Source: an uncultured Gemmatimonadota bacterium | Lineage (GTDB): Bacteria; Gemmatimonadota; Gemmatimonadetes; Palauibacterales; Palauibacteraceae | Length of the DNA: 64,000 nucleotides | NCBI GenBank assembly: GCA_964627425.1 | Contig: CAZVIY010000007.1 | Span: 63,510 to 127,509, forward strand | Direction of reading: 5' to 3' | Part shown: piece by piece, positions 34,109-42,809 of the stretch | Layout: every line of letters begins with the position of its first letter | How positions within the stretch are numbered: the stretch's first letter is position 1 | Translations under genes and position numbers: made by a program | Notes under the pieces: generated by a model | Database searches by the model: none | The model's input: the letters and a program-made list of their open reading frames with translations, nothing else | Told to the model about the DNA's origin: nothing

Positions 34109-34795
34109 TCAGTCCCGGTCGTCCGCCCGCCCCAGCTCCCGGAGGAGCTCCCTGCGGGTGAGGCGCATGTTCCCCTCCAGGATCTCCAGGGCGCGGTCCC
34201 GCCGTCCCTCCGCCAGGGCGTCCACGAGCTCCCGGTGCTCCCGCACGGAGCGCTCGCCGTGGGAGGGGTCGGAGTAGTACCAGGTCTCCAGCCGCCGGAG
34301 CTGGGCCCGGAGGTCCTCCAGCAAGCGCCCCAGCCGCTCGTTCCCGCTCCGCTCGGCGATCAGTGCGTGGAACCGGTCGTTCCGGTCCACGGCCGCCGCC
34401 ACGTCCCCGGCCTCCACGGCCTCCCGCAGGCGGCCGTTGATCCGTCTGAGCTCCTCCAGGTCGCCGGCGTCCAGGCCGGGGAACGCCAGCCGCCCGGCCA
34501 GCACCTCCAGGGCCGCGACGATGGGGTAGAGCTCCAGGAGCCGGGAGAGGGACTCCTCGGGGACCCGGAACCCGCGGTGGGGGATCCGCTCCAGGAAGCC
34601 CTCCGAGGCCAGCCGGGCCAGGGCCTCCCGGACGGGCGTCCGGCTGACCCCGATCTCCTCGCTGAGCCCCTGCTCGCGGAAGAACCGGTCCTGGGGCACC
34701 TCCCCCTCCAGCAGGCGCCCCCTGACCTCCCGGTAGACCCGGTCCGCCAGGGTGGCGCCGGAGCCGCCGGTGGGTTCTCCTCTGGTCTCGTCCAT
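34109..34795 (-). CDS. GntR family transcriptional regulator (FadR/FCD subfamily)
   Basis: wHTH RFFREQGLSEEIGVSRTPVREALARLASEGFLERIPHRGFRV plus a C-terminal FCD helical domain. Only the C-terminal 228 aa of the 700-aa track ORF are real. Confidence 0.8.
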   Translation of the reverse strand: MDETRGEPTGGSGATLADRVYREVRGRLLEGEVPQDRFFREQGLSEEIGVSRTPVREALARLASEGFLERIPHRGFRVPEESLSRLLELYPIVAALEVLAGRLAFPGLDAGDLEELRRINGRLREAVEAGDVAAAVDRNDRFHALIAERSGNERLGRLLEDLRAQLRRLETWYYSDPSHGERSVREHRELVDALAEGRRDRALEILEGNMRLTRRELLRELGRADDRD

Positions 34796-34844
34796 TCGCG
34801 ATCCCCTGGGCCGTGGAACGTCCGGGTTGCGCCCGCCGGTGAGA

Positions 34845-34866
34845 TTGTATACATGTCGTACACGAT
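34845..34866. promoter_or_regulatory. Candidate GntR operators: two adjacent GT-N-AC palindromes (tTGTATACAt and tcGTACACga) in the GntR/mmsA divergent intergenic region
   Basis: Read at 34841-34870: gagattgtatacatgtcgtacacgatatgc. They fit the NyGT-N-ACNy pattern of FadR-type GntR regulators. Confidence 0.45.
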
Positions 34867-34966
34867 ATGCGAGGGGGGCGGACGATCGTCCTCCTCCGAG
34901 GGGCGCTCGAGGGAGCGCTCGCCCGAGGCAGAGCCAGCTCAGACGACCGCGTGCGCTGGAGGCGCC

Positions 34967-36445
34967 ATGACCATCGAATCCAGGGGGGGCGGCGAGGGGG
35001 GCGGCCCGGTCCCCAACTTCATCGACGGAGCGTGGACGCCCTCCGGATCCGGCGAATCGCTCCCGGTGGACGATCCCGCCACCGGCGAGCGGATCGCCTG
35101 CGTGCCCCTCTCCACGCCGGCCGAGGTCGGGGGAGCGGTGGAGGCGGCGGCCTCGGCGTTCCCGGACTGGCGCGAGACCCCCCCGGTGGAGCGGGCACGG
35201 GTCCTCTTCCGCCTGAAGGCCCTGCTGGAGGAGCACCACGAGGAGCTGGCCGAGAGCCTGACCCGGGAACACGGGAAGACGCGCCGGGAGAGCCGGGGCG
35301 AGATCCAGCGGGGGATCGAGAACGTCGAGCACGCCTGCGGCATCCCCTCCCTCATGATGGGCCGGAGCCTCGAGGACGTGGCCTCCGGCATCGACTGCCA
35401 GGAGTACCGCCAGCCCCTGGGCGTCTTCGCCGCCGTGACGCCCTACAACTTCCCCGTCATGATCCCGCTGTGGTTCTGGCCGTACGCCCTGGCCACAGGC
35501 AACACCTTCGTGCTGAAACCCAGCGAGCGGGACCCCGTCACCCACCAGCGCATCGTGGAGCTGGCGGCCGAGGCCGGCGTGCCCGACGGCGTGCTGAACG
35601 TGGTGCACGGCGACGCCGACGCGGCCACGGCGATCCTCGAGCACCCGGAGGTGGCGGGGGTCTCCTTCGTCGGATCCAGCCACGTGGCGCGGTCGGTCTA
35701 CGCGAAGGCGGCCGAGGAGGGCAAGCGGGTCCAGGCGCTGGGCGGCGCCAAGAACCACCTGGTGGTCATGCCCGACGCCGACATGGAGGCGGCGGCCGAC
35801 GCCATCACCTCCTCCATCTACGGCTCGGCGGGCCAGCGGTGTCTGGCCGGCAGCGTGGTGGTGGGGGTGGGCGACGCCTACGCCCCGGTCAGGGACCGGC
35901 TCCTGGAGCGCGCCTCCTCGCTCACCGTGGGCCACGGGCTGGAGGAGGGCGTGGACATGGGGCCCGTGATCTCGGGGCCCCACCGGGACCGGATCCGGCG
36001 CTACATCGAGGAGGGCGCCGATGAAGGGGCCCGGATCGCGCTGGACGGCCGCTCCCTGAAGGTGGAGGCGCACCCGGAGGGCCACTGGATCGGGCCCACC
36101 GTGCTGGAGGACGTGGACCCCGAGATGTCGGTGGGCCGCGAGGAGATCTTCGGGCCGGTGGCCGGCCTCACCCGGGCCGGCTCGGTGGCCGAGACGGTGG
36201 AGATCATCCACCGGGTGGAGTACGGCAACGCCACGTCCATCTTCACGGCCAGCGGCCGCGCCGCCCGGGAGTTCCGGTACCGGGCGGGGATCAGCATGAT
36301 CGGGGTGAACATCGGCGTGGCCGCCCCCATGGCCTTCTTCCCCTTCGGGGGCTCGCGGGGCTCCTTCTACGGCGACCTCAAAGCCCAGGGACGGGACGCC
36401 ATCGAGTTCTACACGGACAGGCGCGTGGTCATCTCCCGATGGTGA
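34967..36445 (+). CDS. mmsA: CoA-acylating methylmalonate/malonate-semialdehyde dehydrogenase
   Basis: Aldehyde dehydrogenase fold with the catalytic Cys in GSAGQRCLAGS and the MmsA-type C-terminus. The ATG is preceded by GGAGG. Only the C-terminal 492 aa of the 736-aa track ORF are real. Confidence 0.8.
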   Translation: MTIESRGGGEGGGPVPNFIDGAWTPSGSGESLPVDDPATGERIACVPLSTPAEVGGAVEAAASAFPDWRETPPVERARVLFRLKALLEEHHEELAESLTREHGKTRRESRGEIQRGIENVEHACGIPSLMMGRSLEDVASGIDCQEYRQPLGVFAAVTPYNFPVMIPLWFWPYALATGNTFVLKPSERDPVTHQRIVELAAEAGVPDGVLNVVHGDADAATAILEHPEVAGVSFVGSSHVARSVYAKAAEEGKRVQALGGAKNHLVVMPDADMEAAADAITSSIYGSAGQRCLAGSVVVGVGDAYAPVRDRLLERASSLTVGHGLEEGVDMGPVISGPHRDRIRRYIEEGADEGARIALDGRSLKVEAHPEGHWIGPTVLEDVDPEMSVGREEIFGPVAGLTRAGSVAETVEIIHRVEYGNATSIFTASGRAAREFRYRAGISMIGVNIGVAAPMAFFPFGGSRGSFYGDLKAQGRDAIEFYTDRRVVISRW

Positions 36446-37761
36446 ACGGAACGGTGGTGAACGGAACCGGGGGCGGCCTGGCGGAGGCCCACCGGGAGCG
36501 CCTGTTCCCCTGGGTGAAGCCCTACTACGAGGAGCCGATCCAGCTCGTGGAGGGTCGGGGGAGCCGGGTGCGGGACGCCGCCGGCCGGGAGTACCTGGAC
36601 CTGTTCGCGGGCATCCTCACCACCTCCATCGGCCACTGCCACCCGGCGGTGACGCGGAGCGTGTCGGAGCAGATGGAGCGCCTGGGTCACACCTCCACCC
36701 TGTACCTGACGGAGAACCAGGTCGGGGTGGCCCGGCGCCTGGCCCGGCTCACCCCCGACGGGGTCGGTCGTGCCTGCTTCACCAACAGCGGCACCGAGGC
36801 GGTGGAGACGGCGGTCATGGGGGCCCGGATCGCCACCGGCCGCGACGAGATCGTCGCCCTGCGGCACGCCTACTCGGGGCGGAGCCTCCTGGCCACCAAC
36901 ATCACCGGGCACGCCGCCTGGCGCCCCCTGTCGGCCTCGATCCCGGGGATCGTCCACGCGCGCTCGCCCTACCCCTACCGGTGCCCCGTGGGCTCCGGCG
37001 ACCCGGAGGCCTGCCTCGAGTTCTCCATCGACGACCTGGTGGAGGTCATCGAGACCACCACCAGCGGCCGGCCGGCGGGTCTCCTGGTGGAGCCCATCCA
37101 GGGGGTGGGGGGCTTCATCGTCCCACCCCCCGGCTACCTCCGCCGGGCGGCCGAGGTCATCCGGAGCTACGGCGGCCTCTTCATCTGCGACGAGGTGCAG
37201 ACGGGCTTCGGGCGCACCGGCGAGGAGTGGTTCGCCGCCGCGCACGAGGGGGTGGCGCCGGACGTCATGATCATGGCGAAGGGGATCGCCAACGGCTTCC
37301 CCGTGGGCGCCACGGTCGCCACCGACGAGGTGGCCGACGCCTGGACCGCCGCCTCCATCTCCACCTACGGCGGCAACCCCGTGGCCATGGCCGCGGCGGA
37401 GGCGACCCTGGACGTCATGGTCCAGGAGGACGTGCCGGCCCGCTCGGCCGCCCGGGGCCGCCAGCTCCGCGATGGCCTGGAGCGGCTGGAGCGGGAGCAC
37501 CCATGGATCGGGGAGGTCCGCGGCATGGGCCTGATGCAGGCCATGGAGCTGGTGGAGGACGGGGAGTCCCGCGACCCCGCGACCGACACGGCCCGCCGGC
37601 TCCTGGAGGCTGCGAAGGAGGAGGGGCTCCTGGTGGGCCTCGGGGGGCTCCACGGCCACGTGGTCCGGCTCGGCCCCTCCATGCTGATCTCCGAGGACGA
37701 GGTGGAGGAGGGGCTCCAGCGCCTGGGCCGGGCGTGCCGTCGGGTGGACGAGTCCGCGTGA
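36439..37761 (+). CDS. Class III (omega) aminotransferase, PLP-dependent
   Basis: The family pattern YLDLFAGILTTSIGHCHP, FICDEVQTGFGRTGE, PDVMIMAKGIANGFPVGA and STYGGNP. It overlaps the mmsA stop. Confidence 0.85.
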   Translation: MVNGTVVNGTGGGLAEAHRERLFPWVKPYYEEPIQLVEGRGSRVRDAAGREYLDLFAGILTTSIGHCHPAVTRSVSEQMERLGHTSTLYLTENQVGVARRLARLTPDGVGRACFTNSGTEAVETAVMGARIATGRDEIVALRHAYSGRSLLATNITGHAAWRPLSASIPGIVHARSPYPYRCPVGSGDPEACLEFSIDDLVEVIETTTSGRPAGLLVEPIQGVGGFIVPPPGYLRRAAEVIRSYGGLFICDEVQTGFGRTGEEWFAAAHEGVAPDVMIMAKGIANGFPVGATVATDEVADAWTAASISTYGGNPVAMAAAEATLDVMVQEDVPARSAARGRQLRDGLERLEREHPWIGEVRGMGLMQAMELVEDGESRDPATDTARRLLEAAKEEGLLVGLGGLHGHVVRLGPSMLISEDEVEEGLQRLGRACRRVDESA

Positions 37762-37822
37762 GCGGATCGGGGCCGGGCGCGACGGAGCGCGTCCGCGTGA
37801 GGCGGCCGCGGGGGGTCCGCCG

Positions 37823-37978
37823 GTGATCGCCGGGCTTCCCTGGGAGTCCTGGCTCCTGTTCCTGGTCTCGGTGGGCGCCGGCCTCTGGCTGGTGGCCGCC
37901 TTCCACCTCCGCCACCGGGAGGGCCGCGGACGCCGCCCCCGCCCGGACGGCGACGGCCCCCGCGGCGGCGGGAACTAG
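37823..37978 (+). CDS. Small membrane protein (51 aa), DUF3311-like partner of sodium:solute symporters
   Basis: Hand-translated VIAGLPWESWLLFLVSVGAGLWLVAAFHLRHREGRGRRPRPDGDGPRGGGN. It sits immediately upstream of the SSS transporter, which is a common arrangement. It is below the ORF-track size cut-off. Confidence 0.35.
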   Translation: MIAGLPWESWLLFLVSVGAGLWLVAAFHLRHREGRGRRPRPDGDGPRGGGN

Positions 37979-37993
37979 GGAGCGCGCGGGAGG

Positions 37994-39508
37994 ATGGGCG
38001 GCACGCCGACGATCATCGCCATCATGGTCGCCTACCTGGCGGTCCTGCTGGTCCTGGGGGTGTGGGGCGGCCGGGACTCCGACGACGTGGCCGGCTACTA
38101 CGTGGCCGGGAAGAAGCTCCCCTCCTGGGTCATCGCCTTCAGCTCGAACAGCACCGGCGAGAGCGCGTGGCTCCTGCTGGGCCTCACTGGCATGGGCTAC
38201 ATGGTGGGGATCCACGCCCTCTGGGTGGTGCTCGGGGAGGTGCTGGGGGTCACCCTGGCCTGGGTGTTCGTGGCGCGGCCGTTCAAGGAGTACACCGACC
38301 GCTACGACGCTATCACCATCCCCGACTACCTGGAGGAGCGGTTCCGGGACGGCTCCCACGTGCTCCGGCTGATCAGCGCGGCGGTGATCTTCTCCATGGT
38401 GGCCGCCTACACCGCCGCCCAGCTCACCGCCTCGGGGAAGGCCTTCGACTCGTTCCTGGGCACGGGCTACACGGCGGGAGTGCTGATCGGCGCCGCGGTG
38501 ATCCTGTTCTACACCACCGTCGGGGGGTTCAAGGCCGTCGCCTACAGCGACCTGCTGCAGGGCGTGCTCATGTTCGGGTGCCTCGTCGCCCTGCCGGTGG
38601 TGGGGATCGCCGCGGCGGGGGGCTGGTCGGGGCTGGTGGAGGGGCTGCGGGAGACGGACCCGAGCCTGCTGCTCCCGGGCGGGGGGCTCGGCGTCACGCC
38701 CGAGGGAGTGGCCAGCGTGCTGGGCTTCGTGGGCATCGGGATCGCCTTCCTGGGCTCCCCCCAGCTCCTGACCCGGTTCATCTCGGCCCGGGACCAGCGG
38801 AGCATCGTCGACGCCAGCCCCATCGCGGTGATCTGCATCGTGGTCTTCGACACGGGCGCCGTCTTCGCCGGGATGGCGGGACGGGTGCTCTTCCCCGGCC
38901 TCGCCGACTCGGAGACGATCTATCCGATGATGGCCACCGAGCTCTTTCCCGCCATCTTCGCCGGGATCTTCCTGGTGGTGGTGCTGGCCGCCATCATGTC
39001 CACGGTGGACTCGCTGCTCATCCTGGCCTCCTCGGCCGTGGTCCGCGACGTGGTCCAGCAGATCTACTCCCCCGGGCTCTCGGAGCGGCGGCTGTCGTGG
39101 TACGGCAAGCTCACCACGGTGGTCCTCGGGGCGGGAGCCCTGGCCCTGGCCCTGGGCGAGGTCCGGGTGATCTTCTGGTTCGTGCTCTTCGCGTGGTCCG
39201 GCCTCGCGTGTGCGTTCACGCCGGTGGTCCTGTGCTCGCTGTTCTGGAAGGGCACGACCCGGGCGGGGGCGATCTGGGGGATGATCGGCGGCTTCGTGAC
39301 GACGATCGTGTGGGTCGTGTTCTTCAAGGCCGGCTTCTACGACCTGTACGAGATGATCCCCGGCACGCTGGTGGGGCTGGCGCTCACGGTGGGGGTGAGC
39401 CTCCTCACCGAGCCGCCGGAAGGTGCCGCCCGGGAGCTGGAGGACGTGAGGCGCACGGTGGGTCCCGCGCTCCGGTCGGCGCGGGCGCCGGACGACGGGG
39501 GAAGATGA
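37994..39508 (+). CDS. Sodium:solute symporter family transporter (PutP/PanF-like)
   Basis: A 504-aa protein with about 13 TM segments and the SSS family pattern throughout (GYYVAGKKLPSWVIAFSSNSTGESAWLLLGLTG...). Confidence 0.85.
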   Translation: MGGTPTIIAIMVAYLAVLLVLGVWGGRDSDDVAGYYVAGKKLPSWVIAFSSNSTGESAWLLLGLTGMGYMVGIHALWVVLGEVLGVTLAWVFVARPFKEYTDRYDAITIPDYLEERFRDGSHVLRLISAAVIFSMVAAYTAAQLTASGKAFDSFLGTGYTAGVLIGAAVILFYTTVGGFKAVAYSDLLQGVLMFGCLVALPVVGIAAAGGWSGLVEGLRETDPSLLLPGGGLGVTPEGVASVLGFVGIGIAFLGSPQLLTRFISARDQRSIVDASPIAVICIVVFDTGAVFAGMAGRVLFPGLADSETIYPMMATELFPAIFAGIFLVVVLAAIMSTVDSLLILASSAVVRDVVQQIYSPGLSERRLSWYGKLTTVVLGAGALALALGEVRVIFWFVLFAWSGLACAFTPVVLCSLFWKGTTRAGAIWGMIGGFVTTIVWVVFFKAGFYDLYEMIPGTLVGLALTVGVSLLTEPPEGAARELEDVRRTVGPALRSARAPDDGGR

Positions 39509-39606
39509 GACGGTGGTACGGGACGAGATCGCGGGAGCGGCCAGGTAGCGCGGCAGGTCGGGACGCACCCCGCAGGGAGAGCAGCTCTCAGGATGGGAGG
39601 AGCGAC

Positions 39607-41397
39607 ATGACGGACCTTTCACGCAGGAGGTTCCTGGGGCTCGGAGCCCTCGGCGCCGCGGGCGCCGCCCTGGGCGGCGGGACGAACGGTGCGGCCGGGG
39701 CAGGGGCGTCGGGCGGGCCGGCCGGGGCAGGCACGGCGAGCGGGTCGACCGGAGCCGCCGGTCCGGGCGGGACGCCGCCCACGGAGCCGTCCTCGCCGGA
39801 CCTGGTGGCCCTGGGCGGGCGGGTCTACACCATCGACGACGACCGGCCCACCGCCGAGGCGTTCGCCGTCCGCGGCGACCGGTTCGTGGCCGTGGGGGGC
39901 ACCGAGGAGATCCGCGCCCTGGCGGGTCCGGAGACCGAAGTCCTGGACCTGCGGGGGCTCACGGTGACGCCCGGATTCATCGACGCTCACAGCCATCCGG
40001 CGGGGGCGGGACTGTCGCAGCTCCTCCACGTGAACGTGAACCTGGGGAGCATCGCCGAGATCCAGGAGGCGCTCCGGGCCCGGGCGGCCGAGACCCCACC
40101 GGGCGAGTGGGTCATCGGCGTCATGTACGACGACACGAAGCTCGAGGAGGGCCGGCCGGTCCGGAGGCGGGACCTGGACCGGGCCGTGCCGGACCATCCG
40201 GTGGAGGTCCGCCACCGGGGCGGCCACACCGCCGTCTACAACAGCCGGGCCTTCGAGCTCGCCGGCGTGACGGCCGACACCCCCGACCCCGAGGGAGGGA
40301 GGTTCTACCGGGAGGACGGGGAGCTCACGGGCAAGGTGGCCGAGGAGGCGCGCGGGGTGTTCTACGACCTGATCCCGTCCACCAGCACCCGGGAGCAGCG
40401 CCGCGAGGGCGTGGCCCTCATCTCCCGGCGGATGACGGCCGCCGGGCTCACCTCGGTCCACGACGTGTGGTGCGGCGCCGAGGACCTGACCGCCTACCAG
40501 GACGCCCGGCGGGCCGGCGAGCTCCGCTTCCGCACCTACCTGTTCCCGGGCGGGGGCACGGAGCTGTACTCCGCCCTCAAGACCGCGGGCGTCCGGACCG
40601 GCTTCGGCGACGAGTGGCTCCGGATCGGCGCGGTGAAGCACGCCGCCGACGGCTCGGCCTCGGAGCGCACCATGGCCATGAGCACGCCCTATCAGGGACG
40701 GCCGAACGACTACGGCATCCTCACCATGTCGCAGGAGGAGATCCACGAGGCGGTGGCCGACGCCGTCCGGCACGGCTTCCAGCTCGGCATCCACGCCAAC
40801 GGCGACGTGGCCATCGACCGCGTGCTGAACGCCTACGAGCGGGCCGAGCGCCGTGCCGACGAGCTGGGGCTGGGCCCCGATCCCCGGTTTCGCATCGAGC
40901 ACTGCTCCCTGGTGAATCCCGATCTGCTGGAGCGGATCGCGGCCGTGGGTGCCGTGCCCACCCCCTTCTACACCTACGTCCACTACCACGGCAACAAGTG
41001 GACGGAGTACGGGGAGGAGAAGATGCGGTGGATGTTCGCCCACCGCTCCTTCCTGGACCACGGGGTCCCGGTGGCGGCGGGGTCGGACTACCCGCCGGGG
41101 CCCTTCGACCCCATGATGGCCATCCAGAGCATGGTCACCCGGACCGACATGCAGGGACGGGTCTGGGGACCGAACCAGCGGATCGGCGTGCGGGAGGCGC
41201 TCCGCGTGGGCACGATCCACGGAGCCTACGCGTCGTTCGAGGAGCACCTGAAGGGCTCGATCACGCCCGGCAAGCTCGCCGACTTCACCGTCCTCCAGGA
41301 GGATCCCCATGAGGTGGACCCGGACCGGATCAAGGAGATCGAGGTGCTCCGTACGGTGGTGGGAGGGCGCACGGTCCACCCCGACCCCGAGGGCTGA
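39607..41397 (+). CDS. Amidohydrolase 3 (YtcJ-like) family metal-dependent hydrolase with Tat signal peptide
   Basis: Twin-arginine motif SRRRFLGLGALGAAGAA, then a Gly/Ala-rich linker, then PGFIDAHSHP, HANGD and SDYP metal-binding motifs. GGGAGG RBS. Confidence 0.8.
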   Translation: MTDLSRRRFLGLGALGAAGAALGGGTNGAAGAGASGGPAGAGTASGSTGAAGPGGTPPTEPSSPDLVALGGRVYTIDDDRPTAEAFAVRGDRFVAVGGTEEIRALAGPETEVLDLRGLTVTPGFIDAHSHPAGAGLSQLLHVNVNLGSIAEIQEALRARAAETPPGEWVIGVMYDDTKLEEGRPVRRRDLDRAVPDHPVEVRHRGGHTAVYNSRAFELAGVTADTPDPEGGRFYREDGELTGKVAEEARGVFYDLIPSTSTREQRREGVALISRRMTAAGLTSVHDVWCGAEDLTAYQDARRAGELRFRTYLFPGGGTELYSALKTAGVRTGFGDEWLRIGAVKHAADGSASERTMAMSTPYQGRPNDYGILTMSQEEIHEAVADAVRHGFQLGIHANGDVAIDRVLNAYERAERRADELGLGPDPRFRIEHCSLVNPDLLERIAAVGAVPTPFYTYVHYHGNKWTEYGEEKMRWMFAHRSFLDHGVPVAAGSDYPPGPFDPMMAIQSMVTRTDMQGRVWGPNQRIGVREALRVGTIHGAYASFEEHLKGSITPGKLADFTVLQEDPHEVDPDRIKEIEVLRTVVGGRTVHPDPEG

Positions 41398-42802
41398 GCG
41401 CGGCGGCCGTCTCGTCGGGGTCGCCATCGCGGCGGCCCTGACCTGCCTCGCGGGATCGACCGGGACGCTGGAGGCCGCGACGTCACCGGACACCACGGAC
41501 GTGAGCCCCCGGGCCCGGGACGTGGGCGTCCCCTTCCGGGGCACGCCGGGCCCCCTGAACGCCATCACCGACGTGGCGGGCGTCGAGGTGGGCCACTCGA
41601 CCATCGTCTCGGGGAGCGGACGCCTGGTGGTCGGGGAGGGGCCGGTCCGGACCGGCGTGACGGCGGTCCTTCCCCGGGGCCGGACGTCCTTCGATCCCGT
41701 CTTCGCCGCCTGGTTCCCGATGAACGGGAACGGCGAGATGACGGGCACCACCTGGATCGACGAGTCCGGCTTCCTGGAGGGGCCGGTCCTCATCACCAAC
41801 ACCCACAGCGTCGGGGTGGTGAGGGACGCCGCCATCCGCTGGAGCCGGGACCGCGGCGATCCGTCCCTCTGGGCCCTGCCGGTGGTGGCCGAGACCTGGG
41901 ACGGGGTGCTGAACGACCTCGACGGGTTCCACGTCGAGCCCCGCCACGTCTTCGAGGCCCTGGAGAACGCCTCCGGCGGCCCCGTGGAGGAGGGAGCCGT
42001 GGGCGGGGGCACCGGCATGATCTGCAACGGCTTCAAGGGCGGGATCGGCACCTCCTCCCGGGAGCTGCCGGCCGAGGCGGGCGGCCACACCGTCGGCGTG
42101 CTCGTACAGTGCAACTACGGCGACCGAGAGACGCTGCGCATCGCCGGCGTCCCCGTGGGCCGGGAGATCCGGGACCTCCGCACCTGCCGCGCCTCCGACG
42201 TGCAGGTGGTCCGGGAGTTCCTGCGCGACCTGCCCCGGTGCCCGGAGGAGGAGGACGGGGGCCGCTCGCCCGGACCGGCCGCGGCGGCGGGCGGAGCGGT
42301 GAGTGTGCCGGCCGAGGCGGCCCCCGGTGACGGGGCGACGTCTCCCGCGGCCGCGGCGCCCATGCCGTGGAGCGGCCGCGGCTCCATCATCATCGTGGTG
42401 GCCACCGACGCGCCGCTCCTGCCCCATCAGCTCGAGCGGCTGGTGAAGCGGGCGGCCCTGGGGATCGGGCGGGAGGGGAGCATCGCGAGCCACTACTCGG
42501 GGGACATCTTCGTGGCCTTCTCCACGGCCAACCCCGGGGCGGCTGACGAGGCGGCGAGCGAGGCCGGGTCGGTCCCCCTCACCATGCTCCCCAACGAGCG
42601 GCTGGACCCCCTCTTCCGGGCCACGGTGCAGGCCACCGAGGAGGCCGTCACCAACGCCATGCTCGCCGCCGAGACCATGACCGGCGCCGGCGACGTCCGG
42701 GTCCACGCCCTCCCCTCCGACCGGCTGCGGCGGATCCTGGAGGAGTACGGTCGGATCGACGAGGACCCGCGTCCGGACGCGGCCCCCGACGCTCCCGAAT
42801 GA
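41309..42802 (+). CDS. P1-family (S58) peptidase, DmpA/BapA-like aminopeptidase; start uncertain
   Basis: Conserved GPLNAITDVAGVEVGHST, GNGEMTG, ITNTHSVG and TGMICNGFKGGIGTSS. The only in-frame ATG is 41309, which gives an 89-nt overlap with the upstream gene and a long charged n-region followed by LVGVAIAAALTCLAGS. A Gly/Ala-rich insertion of about 60 aa is present. Confidence 0.65.
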   Translation: MRWTRTGSRRSRCSVRWWEGARSTPTPRAERGGRLVGVAIAAALTCLAGSTGTLEAATSPDTTDVSPRARDVGVPFRGTPGPLNAITDVAGVEVGHSTIVSGSGRLVVGEGPVRTGVTAVLPRGRTSFDPVFAAWFPMNGNGEMTGTTWIDESGFLEGPVLITNTHSVGVVRDAAIRWSRDRGDPSLWALPVVAETWDGVLNDLDGFHVEPRHVFEALENASGGPVEEGAVGGGTGMICNGFKGGIGTSSRELPAEAGGHTVGVLVQCNYGDRETLRIAGVPVGREIRDLRTCRASDVQVVREFLRDLPRCPEEEDGGRSPGPAAAAGGAVSVPAEAAPGDGATSPAAAAPMPWSGRGSIIIVVATDAPLLPHQLERLVKRAALGIGREGSIASHYSGDIFVAFSTANPGAADEAASEAGSVPLTMLPNERLDPLFRATVQATEEAVTNAMLAAETMTGAGDVRVHALPSDRLRRILEEYGRIDEDPRPDAAPDAPE

Positions 42803-42809
42803 GGAGAAC

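Noticed and set aside
37415-39622. 735-aa minus-strand ORF antisense to the symporter
   Set aside because: Antisense to a 13-TM transporter with a clear family pattern. The translation is His/Gly/Asp/Arg-rich.
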